Below, one piece after another: positions 46,336-56,456 of a DNA stretch of 64,000 nt. Made by a program: the position numbers and the translations under genes. The notes beneath the pieces were generated by a model, which saw nothing but the letters and a program-made list of their open reading frames with translations, had not been told where the DNA came from and did no database searches. How positions within the stretch are numbered: the stretch's first letter is position 1; every line of letters starts with the position of its first letter. Source of the stretch: a virus. Lineage: Duplodnaviria > Caudoviricetes. Location: IMG/VR virus record IMGVR_UViG_2510065065_000004, positions 1 to 64,000 of that record. The stretch is one strand, 5' to 3'.

Positions 46336-46668
46336 ATGTACCACTACACCGAATCAGGCCTAGGTAATGTGTGGTTACGCAACGGGTTTACGGTGCACAA
46401 GACACCCTATGGTGACGGCATTGCTATTGATAATTTACCAAGTCTCCATAGAAGCCTTTCCCTAGCGCTGGCGCTAAAACCGGCCACCCTTTCAGGTGCC
46501 GAAATCCGTTTTATGAGAAAGGAACTCGAGCTATCGCAGCCCGAGTTCGCGGCTCGTCTGGGTACGACTACACAGACGCTTGCGGCTTGGGAAGAGGGGA
46601 GGGCGGCGCTTCCAAACGCCGCAGACAAAATGATCCGCGTTTTGATCAACGCGCATTACAAAAGGTGA
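46336..46668 (+). CDS. Orphan XRE-HTH antitoxin-like regulator
   Basis: YHYTESGL.NVWL.NG, LSGAEIRF.RKEL.LSQ...WE; no toxin ORF upstream. Confidence 0.75.
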   Translation: MYHYTESGLGNVWLRNGFTVHKTPYGDGIAIDNLPSLHRSLSLALALKPATLSGAEIRFMRKELELSQPEFAARLGTTTQTLAAWEEGRAALPNAADKMIRVLINAHYKR

Positions 46669-47986
46669 TGGGTGGATCGGTTAACCTCAAACCCCACGGG
46701 TGGAATCCAAAGGCGTTTCCGCTCCGCAGCATGACTGACCCCAAACTGACCCCACGGCGGCGGTAAGTCTTTGATCGGCAAAGAGCCGTTCTGGTACTTA
46801 TCGAGCGTCTTAGTCCTTGATTTTTATGATCTTCCTTGACCTTGACATGGTAGGGGTCACAGGTTCGAACCCTGTACCGCCCACCAATAGAATCAATAGG
46901 TTGCACAATCTGTGGTTTATTGACTGACACGCAACTAACACGCAAGCGCTCCATGTACGCATCAATGGCCCGAACAGCATCGGCCATATAGTCAGGCCGG
47001 TACTTGGCGTAAACATCCGTAGTTCCACCATAGGCACGGTGCCCCAGCATTCCTTGAATGTCTTGTGCAGCCACGCCTGCCGAGCGTAGCTCGGTAGCCA
47101 TCGTGTGCCGGATCACCTTTGGAACGGTGTCCTTGGGTAAGCCTGCATGTGTCCGTAATGCGCGCCACGCAGTTTTGAAGCTTGCAATAGGTTTGCCGTG
47201 CCAGTGCACCAGCGGGCCGCTGTCTACTGACAGTATCCAAGGAAGGAGAAAATCACAGATGGGAACGACAGGCCGAAACTTTTTCGTTTGCTTGCGCCCT
47301 GGTGGATTCTGCGTCAATAGGCGTCGTTGGATGTCTGCGAACTCACGCCGTAGTCCGAGGATCGCCTCTGGCCTTGCCAGAGTTCCATAAGCAAGCGCAA
47401 GGTACATACGTTCATGAGGGAGGGTCGCGGCCTCCCATAATGCGGCTGACTCCTGAAGCGATAACACCTGGTCCCTGGGCGGGGCGTCTTTTCCTGGGAT
47501 GATGTATGGCACCGAAGTAATTTCCCCTTCCTTGTATGCTCGATTCAATGCGGCTTTCCCTACGGTAAGTATCCTTTTTATATAGCCGTCGCTACGGGGG
47601 GTATCGCTTCCCGTCTGTAGCCACCTAACAAACTCCCGTTGCCGTGACGGTGTGATCTCTGAGACTGTCGCACCCGCAAAAAAGTCTGACCAGTACCCCA
47701 ATGCGACTTTCGCGCTTTCCGCTGATGTGATGTTGCAGGCATGTTGCTGCCAATACCTGGTTAATACTAAGTCCAGGACGACATCCTGGGGCATTTGTTT
47801 GCTGATATCGCCATATTTGGCATACCACTCCCATAACCTTACTTTGGCTTCTTGAATATCCGTTGTGCCAAGAGATGCGCGGTTTGTCTGTCGGGTAGCG
47901 GCGTCAAACCAAGTGCGGCACCAATTTTTGGAACCTGTGCGCTGGCTGAGCCAGTATTTCCCAATTTGTCCTGGACGTTCCTGCAT
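46646..47986 (-). CDS. int: Tyrosine integrase whose 3' end reads through the att core
   Basis: Catalytic R (TLARPE), K.IRH, LGH, Y (DVYAK). Confidence 0.92.
   Translation of the reverse strand: MQERPGQIGKYWLSQRTGSKNWCRTWFDAATRQTNRASLGTTDIQEAKVRLWEWYAKYGDISKQMPQDVVLDLVLTRYWQQHACNITSAESAKVALGYWSDFFAGATVSEITPSRQREFVRWLQTGSDTPRSDGYIKRILTVGKAALNRAYKEGEITSVPYIIPGKDAPPRDQVLSLQESAALWEAATLPHERMYLALAYGTLARPEAILGLRREFADIQRRLLTQNPPGRKQTKKFRPVVPICDFLLPWILSVDSGPLVHWHGKPIASFKTAWRALRTHAGLPKDTVPKVIRHTMATELRSAGVAAQDIQGMLGHRAYGGTTDVYAKYRPDYMADAVRAIDAYMERLRVSCVSVNKPQIVQPIDSIGGRYRVRTCDPYHVKVKEDHKNQGLRRSISTRTALCRSKTYRRRGVSLGSVMLRSGNAFGFHPWGLRLTDPPITFCNAR
46839..46886 (+). other. att core: 3' half of tRNA-Val(GAC), not a full tRNA
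   Basis: ACCTTGACATGGT anticodon arm, GGTTCGAAC T-loop, ends CCGCCCACCA; 5' half absent; arm-type repeats at 46734-46754 and 46923-46944; IHF-like AATCAATAGGTTG at 46891. Confidence 0.9.
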
Positions 47987-48165
47987 TGTTGAATGTATTC
48001 CTCAATGATTTGGTTGCTGTACCTGTAAATTCGGGTACTGATACGAATGGGATGTATCCGGCCAGCCATGCGTTCTCGGGTGAGTGTGGCTTTGCTGATG
48101 AGGAGTCGGCGTGCGGCTTCCTCTTCGGTATACAACTCGGGAAGCTTCTCAGCAGTGCTCATCAT
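47839..48165 (-). CDS. xis: Excisionase-like HTH protein
   Basis: YTEEEAARRLLIS..TL.R; directly upstream of int. Confidence 0.8.
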   Translation of the reverse strand: MMSTAEKLPELYTEEEAARRLLISKATLTRERMAGRIHPIRISTRIYRYSNQIIEEYIQQCRNVQDKLGNTGSASAQVPKIGAALGLTPLPDRQTAHLLAQRIFKKPK

Positions 48166-48385
48166 CCCCGTGCCCTCCTGTAGCACGCTCCTGTAACCTC
48201 CCTAATGCGGCCTCTCGGTGGGTTCCCTCTTTGAGTTTTTCCGCTTTCGCGTCTTTTTCTTTCTCTTTTTCAGCGACCGTATAAGCAGCTAACGCTTTAA
48301 TAAGTTCTGAAAAATTGCTCACACATTCATTGGATAACTCGAGTGGCGGGGTGGTGTGATGCTTTTCATTTGATGGATCGCTCAT
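48149..48385 (-). CDS. Hypothetical protein
   Basis: Coupled between helicase and xis. Confidence 0.55.
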   Translation of the reverse strand: MSDPSNEKHHTTPPLELSNECVSNFSELIKALAAYTVAEKEKEKDAKAEKLKEGTHREAALGRLQERATGGHGDDEHC

Positions 48386-49800
48386 CGCCTCATGGCTCCT
48401 TGTGGTGTGAGTGGCTTACATGTTTCTCTGCGTTTCACTGCCTCTAGCAGCAAGTCCTGTACTTCGCGTTTGGATTCACGGCGGGCCATCACCAGCTCAT
48501 CCACCGTGCCCGCCGCCACGATGTGGTGAATGAAGACGGGGCGGTTATGTCCGGCTTGCGCCTGACGTGTGGGGCCAATGCGTTCGATGATTTGTTGGTA
48601 CTGCTCCAGGTCCCACCAGTGCCCGAAGAACGCCAGAATGTTCCCGCCGTCTTGCAGATTTAAGCCGTGACCGGCACTGGCTGGATGGGCGAATAACACG
48701 GGAATGTTCCCCGCGTTCCAATCGCGGATCGTGTCGGGGTGTTGGTCCAAGACACGCCCTTTAGGAAAAGCGCGCTGCAACCGTGCGACATCACTTTTAA
48801 AGTGATACGCCACCAACACCGGCATACCGGCGGCCTCTTCGATAATCTCGTGCAGCGCCTCGAGTTTTGCGTCGTGCACGACTTCCCAGGCCTGGCGTGT
48901 GTCATCGGTATACAGCGCACCATTGGCCAGTTGCAGGCATTTAATTGTCTTGCTGGCGGCGTTAAAGGCTTCTACTTCGGCACCGCATTCCAAGGCGATG
49001 AGCATCTCTTGCTCCATCGTTTTGTACAGACGTTGCGCGCGTTCTGGCAACGCAACGCGAATCGTATTGACAATCGGCTGGCGTACATCGAAGTACGCCT
49101 GTGGATCAAGGGATAAACACAGGTCGCGTATTTTGTCTTGTATCTCTTTCGATGCATTGGGCGCGGGCACAAGGCGCACCGCATGCGGATCACTGCCGAT
49201 CTGCACCGCACGGAACCAGCGATCGATAAACGCTTTAAAATGCGTCCCCAGCCGTGCCCCCCGATCCACCATCCACAGCAGCGCCCACAGGTCCTGTAGC
49301 CCATTCGGCGCGGGCGTACCGGTCAACCCAATGTAGCGCTCCACCTTGGTATGCACATACTTGGCCAGTGCGCGGGCGCGCCGTGTGCCTTGCCGCAATC
49401 GGAACCCTTTCAGCTTGGAGCACTCATCAGCGACCACGGTACGGAACGGCCAACGGTCCCCGTAAAACTCCGCCAGCCATTTTAGATTGTCGTAATTAAT
49501 GCAATAGATATCCGCGTCCTGCTCCAAAGCGCGGCGACGTGCCGCTGCGCTCCCCACGACCACGGACACCCGCAGATGGCGCAAATGGGGGAACTTAGCC
49601 ACCTCATCCGGCCATGTCGTGGCCGCAACGCGCAGCGGAGCAATGACCAACATAGGTGCAACGTCTTCCACCACCAGAAGCACATCTAACGCCGTCAGCG
49701 TGGCTACCGTCTTCCCCAACCCCATTGGCACAAACAGATTGCAGCGTGGGTGCGTCAGGATGAAATCAACCATGGTGTGTTGGTAGGGGCGTAGGTTCAT
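48382..49800 (-). CDS. SNF2/DEAD-like phage helicase (intact)
   Basis: MGLGKT, DECS, TGTP, GHGLNLQ, ERIG. Confidence 0.93.
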   Translation of the reverse strand: MNLRPYQHTMVDFILTHPRCNLFVPMGLGKTVATLTALDVLLVVEDVAPMLVIAPLRVAATTWPDEVAKFPHLRHLRVSVVVGSAAARRRALEQDADIYCINYDNLKWLAEFYGDRWPFRTVVADECSKLKGFRLRQGTRRARALAKYVHTKVERYIGLTGTPAPNGLQDLWALLWMVDRGARLGTHFKAFIDRWFRAVQIGSDPHAVRLVPAPNASKEIQDKIRDLCLSLDPQAYFDVRQPIVNTIRVALPERAQRLYKTMEQEMLIALECGAEVEAFNAASKTIKCLQLANGALYTDDTRQAWEVVHDAKLEALHEIIEEAAGMPVLVAYHFKSDVARLQRAFPKGRVLDQHPDTIRDWNAGNIPVLFAHPASAGHGLNLQDGGNILAFFGHWWDLEQYQQIIERIGPTRQAQAGHNRPVFIHHIVAAGTVDELVMARRESKREVQDLLLEAVKRRETCKPLTPQGAMRR

Positions 49801-49863
49801 GCCGAAGCTCCGCTAATCATGGTGTTACACTCGCCATCACATGGGGCTAAGACAGGGGCATGT

Positions 49864-50226
49864 GTGACATCCGTAGCGTTCGATACACTTAAATTTGCGA
49901 ACCGGCTGAAAACGGCAGGGGTTCCTGCGGCGCACGCGGAAGCCGAGGCCGAAGCCTTGGCCGAAGTGTTGGAAATAAATTTACAAAGCCTTGCTGAGTC
50001 TGAATCTAAAAACGGCAAGGCCTTAGCGCGCCTTGAAGCTGATATGAAGGAAGGCTTTGCGCAGGTTGACCAGCGCTTTGCGCAGGTGGAAAAGACCATG
50101 GACCAGCGCTTTGCGCAGGTGGATACGCGCTTTGCTGAGATAAAAGGCGAAATGCTCCTGCTCAAGTGGATGCTGGGCGTGCTCGTGGCGGGCGTTGCTG
50201 CACTGATCATCAAAGCGTTTTTCTGA
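49864..50226 (+). CDS. DUF1640-like protein (one repeat shorter)
   Basis: Paralog of 3020-3415. Confidence 0.8.
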   Translation: MTSVAFDTLKFANRLKTAGVPAAHAEAEAEALAEVLEINLQSLAESESKNGKALARLEADMKEGFAQVDQRFAQVEKTMDQRFAQVDTRFAEIKGEMLLLKWMLGVLVAGVAALIIKAFF

Positions 50227-50227
50227 G

Positions 50228-50506
50228 TCACGCCAGCACCTCATCCACGCCTTGCAAGGAATCGACCACGACCACGCGCAACCCCATGCCGCGCATACGC
50301 TCCTGCTCACGGACTTGATGCGGTGCGCACTGCTGACCGGGGGCTTTGAGTTCCACCCACAGGGTGCGCCCGTTGGGCAGCATGGCGATACGGTCCGGCG
50401 CACCGTGACGCCCGCTCCATTTCACCTTGCGGATTTCACCGCCCTTGGCCCTGACCTGGGCCACTAAATAACGTTCAATTGTCCGCTCACGGGGGATGGT
50501 CATCAT
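50228..50506 (-). CDS. VRR-NUC nuclease
   Basis: Paralog of 3417-3695. Confidence 0.9.
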   Translation of the reverse strand: MMTIPRERTIERYLVAQVRAKGGEIRKVKWSGRHGAPDRIAMLPNGRTLWVELKAPGQQCAPHQVREQERMRGMGLRVVVVDSLQGVDEVLA

Positions 50507-52683
50507 TGCTTCCTATACCGGTAGGTGTCGAAGCCTTCCGCCGCTAAGGGCAACCCCTGGGCCCAGGGGGGCGGTGTCGCCATGAGTGCAGCCAAGTGCG
50601 CGGCGTTGAAAGCGGCGTTGTCATCGGCTTCGGTGATGATTTCGTCATGCACGGTTAAAACGATCTGATACCCCGCTGCTTCAATCGCAGGCATGCAGGC
50701 GGCCAACACGTCGCGGCTCACGGCTTGGGTGATGTTCTCGACCAGCTTGCCGCCGTAGGTGGTGAGGCGCGTCCATTTGCGCGTCACCGGATGTGTACCC
50801 ATGTAGGACAGCGCGCCGTGCTCATCGACGCTGGGAGCGGCGTAGTAAAGCACCCGCCCCGACGGCAGACGCAGCCGCAGCCAAGCACGGCGGTACTGCA
50901 CTGTGATCCCGCAGCAGGTGTGCGTCGTTTCGGGGTGGTGGATCGCATCCGTCACCGCGAACTGCAACGCCTGCCAAAACGCCGCAATGGCCGGATGCGC
51001 ATTGCGCCATGCGCGTTTGAACACATCGCACGCCAGCCATGCGCGATCGGAGAGGCCGAAGGTGGGCCGGTGGTTCGCCTTGGTCCATTCAAGCAGTTCC
51101 GTTGCCTCCTGAAGTAGCAGCGGCGGGAAGACGGCCTGCGCGGCCATCGCCTCCAAATCAATGTGGTACAGCGCTGCAAAGGCAGCAAAGGCCCCGACAC
51201 CGCCGCCATACCCCAAGGCCAATTCCTGCACTTTGCCGATTTGGCGTTGCTCCTTGCTCACGGCCTGGGGCGCGATCCCGAACGAATGGGCATACGCCCG
51301 CTTGTAACTATCCTCCCCTTTGCGGACAGGCGCGTCCTCGGCATTGCGTTGCAAGGGGATCGGCGCACCGCACAGCGCCGCGTGCGTGATGGCCTCGCCG
51401 CTGTGCCATGTACCATCCACCCCTTGGCACGTATCAAACTCACGAAACGCGTGCAGTTTGGGGGTTTCACCGGCCAGCCACGCCAACACCCGGCCTTCAA
51501 TGTTGGACAGATCGGCCACGACCAGCTTTTTATGTGTTGGCGCAATCAGACAACTGCGCAGCGCGCTGCTGGTCAGCGCCATGACATCGTCAAAGACTAA
51601 ATCCACACAACCGGCTTTCATGGCATCGATGCCGACCGCGATCACTTCTTGGCTGAGCGTGGGGCGTGGCAGGTTGTGCGGCTGGAACAGCCGCCCCGCC
51701 CAGCGCCCGGTGCGACTGGCCCCGTTAAATTGCAGTGTGCCGCGCAGGCGACCGTCAGGGCTGGTGCAGTGCAGCAGCGCCTGGTACTTAGCGGTGCTGG
51801 TGCTGCTGGCTTGTCGGCGGATGGACAGCAGTTCGCGCACCGTCTCTGGGAGTGCCGGATCGTCAATGCACCGCGCGACCGTGTGTTGCTGCATGTCCGG
51901 CAACGCCACGCCGTGCGCGGTGTTCAGGTGCTGCAACAGTGCATCGCGCTGCGTCGCGGCCTGCACCGCGCCGCCGGTCAACGCCTCGGTACGCTGGGCT
52001 AACGTTTGCTTGGCGCGTTCCACAGCGCCAATCGCGGCCTGCACCAAGTCCGTATCGATGAGGACCCCGCGATCATTGATGGTTTGGTCCAGAAACCACA
52101 GCGCCAGCTCCGCCCCCGCGTAGTTGTGGGACGGCAACCGCTTCACCACCTCCCGCATCGCGCCCACATCGCGCCTGGCGTACTCCACAAACTGTGCCCA
52201 GTCCGTCGGATGGGTGTCACGTGTGGCGCGGCGCAGCGTGCAATGGGCGGGGCGTGGTTTGCAAAACAATGCAATGAGCCGTTTGCCGTCCTTCTCCTTG
52301 GCTTGCTCCACGGGAACGCGCAGCAGCTCGCATAACGTGCCCAACGCCCCGGGCAGCGCATGGGTCAAAGCCTGGGCCATTGAATCGCGCCAGCGCTCCA
52401 AGGGGATAGTAATGCCGCAATGGCGTAGTACGGTCCGATCAAAATGAGAGTTGTGGAAATACAGCAGCACTGCGGGATCATGCAGCGCGGCGGACAGATC
52501 GTCAGGCATCGTGGCCGTGGCCGTGCAGTCCCACACCTGCACCGGCCCCTCACCCAAGGCGTAAGCAAACAACAACAGCTCGGCGTGCTCGGCATACGCA
52601 TGCACTCCATGGGCCATCGGTACGGGGGAGTACGTCTCGAGGTCCCCCCATAGGATCGGTGCGGGTGGCTGCGTGGTGGCCAT
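50503..52683 (-). CDS. Phage family A DNA polymerase
   Basis: Translation differs from 3692-5872 only at H/Y near the C-terminus, as far as seen by eye. Confidence 0.95.
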   Translation of the reverse strand: MATTQPPAPILWGDLETYSPVPMAHGVHAYAEHAELLLFAYALGEGPVQVWDCTATATMPDDLSAALHDPAVLLYFHNSHFDRTVLRHCGITIPLERWRDSMAQALTHALPGALGTLCELLRVPVEQAKEKDGKRLIALFCKPRPAHCTLRRATRDTHPTDWAQFVEYARRDVGAMREVVKRLPSHNYAGAELALWFLDQTINDRGVLIDTDLVQAAIGAVERAKQTLAQRTEALTGGAVQAATQRDALLQHLNTAHGVALPDMQQHTVARCIDDPALPETVRELLSIRRQASSTSTAKYQALLHCTSPDGRLRGTLQFNGASRTGRWAGRLFQPHNLPRPTLSQEVIAVGIDAMKAGCVDLVFDDVMALTSSALRSCLIAPTHKKLVVADLSNIEGRVLAWLAGETPKLHAFREFDTCQGVDGTWHSGEAITHAALCGAPIPLQRNAEDAPVRKGEDSYKRAYAHSFGIAPQAVSKEQRQIGKVQELALGYGGGVGAFAAFAALYHIDLEAMAAQAVFPPLLLQEATELLEWTKANHRPTFGLSDRAWLACDVFKRAWRNAHPAIAAFWQALQFAVTDAIHHPETTHTCCGITVQYRRAWLRLRLPSGRVLYYAAPSVDEHGALSYMGTHPVTRKWTRLTTYGGKLVENITQAVSRDVLAACMPAIEAAGYQIVLTVHDEIITEADDNAAFNAAHLAALMATPPPWAQGLPLAAEGFDTYRYRKQ

Positions 52684-52684
52684 C

Positions 52685-53839
52685 TCAGGCGGCGACCTTC
52701 AGCGAGTCAACCACCGTCGGATTCCAAAGAATCTGGTAGCTGCTATGCCCGTTGCGGGAGTACGGAATGGCTTCGCCCCATACGCGACCGGCTTCGGTTA
52801 ATTCCCATTCGTCGCGTTCATTACGGAACTGCAAGCCGCTGGAGGCTAATAAGTGGTTCGCCTCTTTGGCCGAGCAACGGAGCTGTTTGCCTAGTTGCGT
52901 GGCGTTGAGTAGGCAAAGCGGGTCCCGCAGTGCAGGCAATGCACGGCGTATTTCTTCGGTCGTTAGATTCGTATTGCTTTTGATGCAGGCCAAGGTTGCG
53001 GCGGCGGCAATTCCTGGTTTCACGCCCGGCACCGTGGAAATGTATTGGCCGATTAACAGGAGTGCGGCAATGCGATCCTGTGTCGGCCCAGGCAAGGTGG
53101 GCAGCGCCCCAGGGGTGGAGTACGTGCCTGTTTTGCGCAGGGTGGGCAGGACTTCCTCAAACACCCAACGCTCGAACCGTTCTGCGGCAGGGAGTTTGCT
53201 GCTCACAATCAAGCGGAGCATGTCAGGCTCGGAGATGATCCGGACTTCTTGAACTCCGCCTGGTGTCTGAAGGGGTGTGCGTTTCGCACACCCCTTGCAG
53301 TGGGCATCCAACGCTTTATGGGGATTGGCGTAGCCTAATACCGTAGCAACGTCTGTGCCGACAAACCACACTTCACCGTGATCATCGACCACGGTACGCA
53401 CGGCGTGCGATTCGAATTGGAATGGAGTTACTTCATTCATTGTGTGTTCCTCTGTGGGTTGGAAGGGAATTGAGATGAAAGGCGCGTGATGCAGGGGGAC
53501 ACTGTGTTGGCCCGCTTTGAGGGCTGCGGCTGCGGGCAGCGCTTCATCGGTCAGCCACTGTCTAAAGCGTTTAGCCGCCTCTTTGGTGCTGCCGATGAGC
53601 AGGGCGTACATTCCAGACTCATTGAGATAGTTGGCGCGTTGGGGGCCACCTGCCGTAAAGGTGGCGCGTTTCGATACATTCGCTGCATCCACGTGATGAG
53701 CAACTGCGGCGCACGGATTTAACAACGCCAACGCCGTGCAAATGTCATTGGCGTTAAACCACGGTGCACCGGCCTCATCGACCTGGACACGCACGGCTTG
53801 CGACTCGAACCGGAGCGTAAACTCTTGTGTTTTATTCAT
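52685..53839 (-). CDS. Double BRO-N antirepressor
   Basis: Translation identical to 5874-7028. Confidence 0.85.
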   Translation of the reverse strand: MNKTQEFTLRFESQAVRVQVDEAGAPWFNANDICTALALLNPCAAVAHHVDAANVSKRATFTAGGPQRANYLNESGMYALLIGSTKEAAKRFRQWLTDEALPAAAALKAGQHSVPLHHAPFISIPFQPTEEHTMNEVTPFQFESHAVRTVVDDHGEVWFVGTDVATVLGYANPHKALDAHCKGCAKRTPLQTPGGVQEVRIISEPDMLRLIVSSKLPAAERFERWVFEEVLPTLRKTGTYSTPGALPTLPGPTQDRIAALLLIGQYISTVPGVKPGIAAAATLACIKSNTNLTTEEIRRALPALRDPLCLLNATQLGKQLRCSAKEANHLLASSGLQFRNERDEWELTEAGRVWGEAIPYSRNGHSSYQILWNPTVVDSLKVAA

Positions 53840-53907
53840 GGTATTGTCCTCGGTGGTATGGCAGGGATTGGGGCGTGGGAGGGCGAAACGCCCTCCCACA
53901 TCGGGGT

Positions 53908-54474
53908 TCACCCCCACGGCATGGCGCCTTCAACATCGGCCAGCTCAGCAATGGCGCTCAGGTCCTCGAAGTCCTCCACGCTGGCCACACCGCCTCCAGC
54001 GAACGCCTCACCATCACCCACGAACTGCACACCACCCAGAGAGGCGTTAATCCGCTTGCCGTAGTTGTTGTCCTGTGCCCAGAGTTCTATGTTGGCGTTG
54101 ACGTAACACCCGGCATACGGCCTGCCGTCCTGCGCGGCGAGCGGGGCCCGATCACGGTCAATCACCAGTGGCCGGGACTTGTTACGCGCAGAGACGTATA
54201 GGTGCCCTGCAAACCCGTCATAACTGGCTTTCAGGTCGCCATCATGCAACGCGACTCTGTCGCCCATACGCATCTGTTTAAGCTGGGCCGCCGCCTTAAC
54301 GCCCCATTTGTCATTGGCCATCTTGTCAATCGCCTGGTTAAGGGCTTTGACTTGCGGATCGGCAGGGTCGATGAGGAAGCAGGCGGAGAACGCGGCTTCG
54401 CCTTCACCATTCACTTTCTTAGGTTCAAACAACACGGGGAAGGCTAAGCGCACGTTTTTTAGGGTGAGTTTCAT
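53908..54474 (-). CDS. ssDNA-binding protein (DUF2815)
   Basis: Paralog of 7097-7666. Confidence 0.85.
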   Translation of the reverse strand: MKLTLKNVRLAFPVLFEPKKVNGEGEAAFSACFLIDPADPQVKALNQAIDKMANDKWGVKAAAQLKQMRMGDRVALHDGDLKASYDGFAGHLYVSARNKSRPLVIDRDRAPLAAQDGRPYAGCYVNANIELWAQDNNYGKRINASLGGVQFVGDGEAFAGGGVASVEDFEDLSAIAELADVEGAMPWG

Positions 54475-55751
54475 TACGGTGTCTCCTGAGATTGAGGTGA
54501 GGGGGCGGTGTCTTTGGGTGGGGGGATGGGCATGTCGCTCAAGTCCTCGAAATCCGTCGCGTCCTGAAGGGCGAGCGGGGGGCGTTGATCCGACGTCGGG
54601 ACAACAACGGGTGCCCCTGTCGCCCTATGAATGAGCGGCTGGAGCTGGGTCCATTGGCTCTCCCCGATGATTCCGGCCTGGTGGAGTTTCTCGGCGCTCG
54701 TGGGGCTGATGAGGGACACGTCATGCAGGTGAGCGACTCCAATGCGCATCTGGATGAGCGCGTCCTCGGCGGCTGTCTCATCTACCCAACGGCGCGGCCC
54801 CTGTCGGCCTTGGACCAGCTTGTATCCAGGTACGGGCTGGCCTGAAAGCAATTCCGCTGCTGCCCTGTCGCGAATAGATTTACACCAGGATTCGATTAAC
54901 GCTGTTGCACCAAACAGGGAGGCCAACGTGGTGTTGTCAAACGTGCGCAGGGCCGCGTGGCTGAGCTGCGGGGCCACGGGCTGGGTGAGATCAACAAAAT
55001 CATCCGCGACCGTGGTCAGTACGTGCGTGGCCAACGCAGGGCAGCTCGCTTTGGCCTTGCAAAACCGGCAGGGCGTTTCTGCGGGGCCGAAATACTCCGA
55101 AGATAATTCGCCTACGTTGGTGTAGTGCCCAATCGCTTCCATACACCGCGTAGCACTGCGCTTGACCCGCTGTTTAAAATCCTCCATCTCGGGGAGGGTG
55201 CGCACCCACTCATCACTATGTCCGAGCCGTGGTTGCACGATCACTAGCCGCACCTGCTGGAAGTCTTCCACCCATCCAAATTCACTCAGCGCTGCCAGCG
55301 CATACAGCTGCAACTGCTCATTACCTTCGGCGAAGACTTTGACGCCTTTGCCGTATTTGAGATCAACGATGGTCAACGCATCCCCCGCCAAAATCACCAC
55401 ATCAGCGGTGCCTTTAGCGCCTTGCTCCCCCGTGATGGAGGCAATGTGTAAGGGCTGCTCGACCAGGCGTACCCCCGCAATGGCGCGCACGTAGTCCACA
55501 TACTCCTGCACGGACGCGGCCATCTCTGCGGTCACTTCCCAAATGCGACCGTTGATCTCATGGCGTTCTCCTACGTACGCGCTGGCATCGGACCCGGTGC
55601 GTAATGCGTTGGCAGCCACCGTATGGGCCACGGTGCCTTCATCGGCAAATGGGCTAGCGTCGTCTTGGCAGGTGCGCGTTAACGGAACGCTTGCCGGACA
55701 GTGCAGCCAGCGATGCGCACTGCTTGGGGATAGCATGGCGTGCTGGCTCAT
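54474..55751 (-). CDS. DUF2800 nuclease
   Basis: Paralog of 7663-8940. Confidence 0.9.
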   Translation of the reverse strand: MSQHAMLSPSSAHRWLHCPASVPLTRTCQDDASPFADEGTVAHTVAANALRTGSDASAYVGERHEINGRIWEVTAEMAASVQEYVDYVRAIAGVRLVEQPLHIASITGEQGAKGTADVVILAGDALTIVDLKYGKGVKVFAEGNEQLQLYALAALSEFGWVEDFQQVRLVIVQPRLGHSDEWVRTLPEMEDFKQRVKRSATRCMEAIGHYTNVGELSSEYFGPAETPCRFCKAKASCPALATHVLTTVADDFVDLTQPVAPQLSHAALRTFDNTTLASLFGATALIESWCKSIRDRAAAELLSGQPVPGYKLVQGRQGPRRWVDETAAEDALIQMRIGVAHLHDVSLISPTSAEKLHQAGIIGESQWTQLQPLIHRATGAPVVVPTSDQRPPLALQDATDFEDLSDMPIPPPKDTAPSPQSQETP

Positions 55752-56176
55752 GGCTCACCGTCTAGGGGCCAATCGCGGTCGTGGGCGTTGTAGTAGCTTT
55801 CGCAGCGCTCCACCACCTTCGGAAATAACTCCTCCGGTATCTTGGACAACACTTTGACGCCGAATGATTCCAAAACGTCGTAGGCGTACTTTTCGCCAAG
55901 TTCCTTAGACAGGGCTGTTAACGCCTTCGCCACCTCAGCATATCCAGGCGTGCGCATAACGTCCGTTGTGCTCTGAGCAGCAGCCGGTTTGGCAGCGCGC
56001 TGCGTCTTACCCGCAGCGGGAGGCGTTGCCGCCGTTGGTTTTTCAGGGGCGCTATCGCTGCGCGGTGTATCGTCAAACACAGGTTGCGCGGGGCTGCACC
56101 TGCTGGGCGGCTTAAGCACCGCCAAAACAGCGTTTAATTGGGCCTGGTCGGTAATGGTGACGGTCATAGGAAACAT
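55748..56176 (-). CDS. Hypothetical phage protein
   Basis: Paralog of 8937-9383. Confidence 0.7.
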   Translation of the reverse strand: MFPMTVTITDQAQLNAVLAVLKPPSRCSPAQPVFDDTPRSDSAPEKPTAATPPAAGKTQRAAKPAAAQSTTDVMRTPGYAEVAKALTALSKELGEKYAYDVLESFGVKVLSKIPEELFPKVVERCESYYNAHDRDWPLDGEP

Positions 56177-56227
56177 GGGTTTTTTCTCTCGTGTGTGGGT
56201 TATCTGGTGCTAGTGCGTTGTCCGTTG

Positions 56228-56425
56228 TCACCACAGCGCATCGCCGTCTTGCTCCAGTGCGTCACGCACCTCTTCGTAGTCTTCTAGCAAGCCTTTAAGA
56301 CGCGATAACAACTCGCTTTCTACAGGCGTAAAACGCTCCACGGCTTGCCGGGTGGTTAGGTCATTCACAAGTTCGCTATCACTCATCGAACGCATGAACA
56401 TTTCTGTCGGCATGGGAGGCGACAT
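56228..56425 (-). CDS. Hypothetical phage protein
   Basis: Paralog of 9433-9630. Confidence 0.7.
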   Translation of the reverse strand: MSPPMPTEMFMRSMSDSELVNDLTTRQAVERFTPVESELLSRLKGLLEDYEEVRDALEQDGDALW

Positions 56426-56456
56426 ATAAAAACTCCTTCCCGAAAAACGTTCGGGG

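Larger units (their letters stand above)
1747..46886. mobile_element. Prophage 1 (contractile tail, ~45 kb); left end lacks integrase and att
   Basis: Continuous replication, immunity, lysis, head and tail modules ending at the tRNA-Val att core. Confidence 0.9.

Noticed and set aside
46839-46886. Functional tRNA-Val gene
   Set aside because: The 5' acceptor strand and D-arm are missing; it is only an att core
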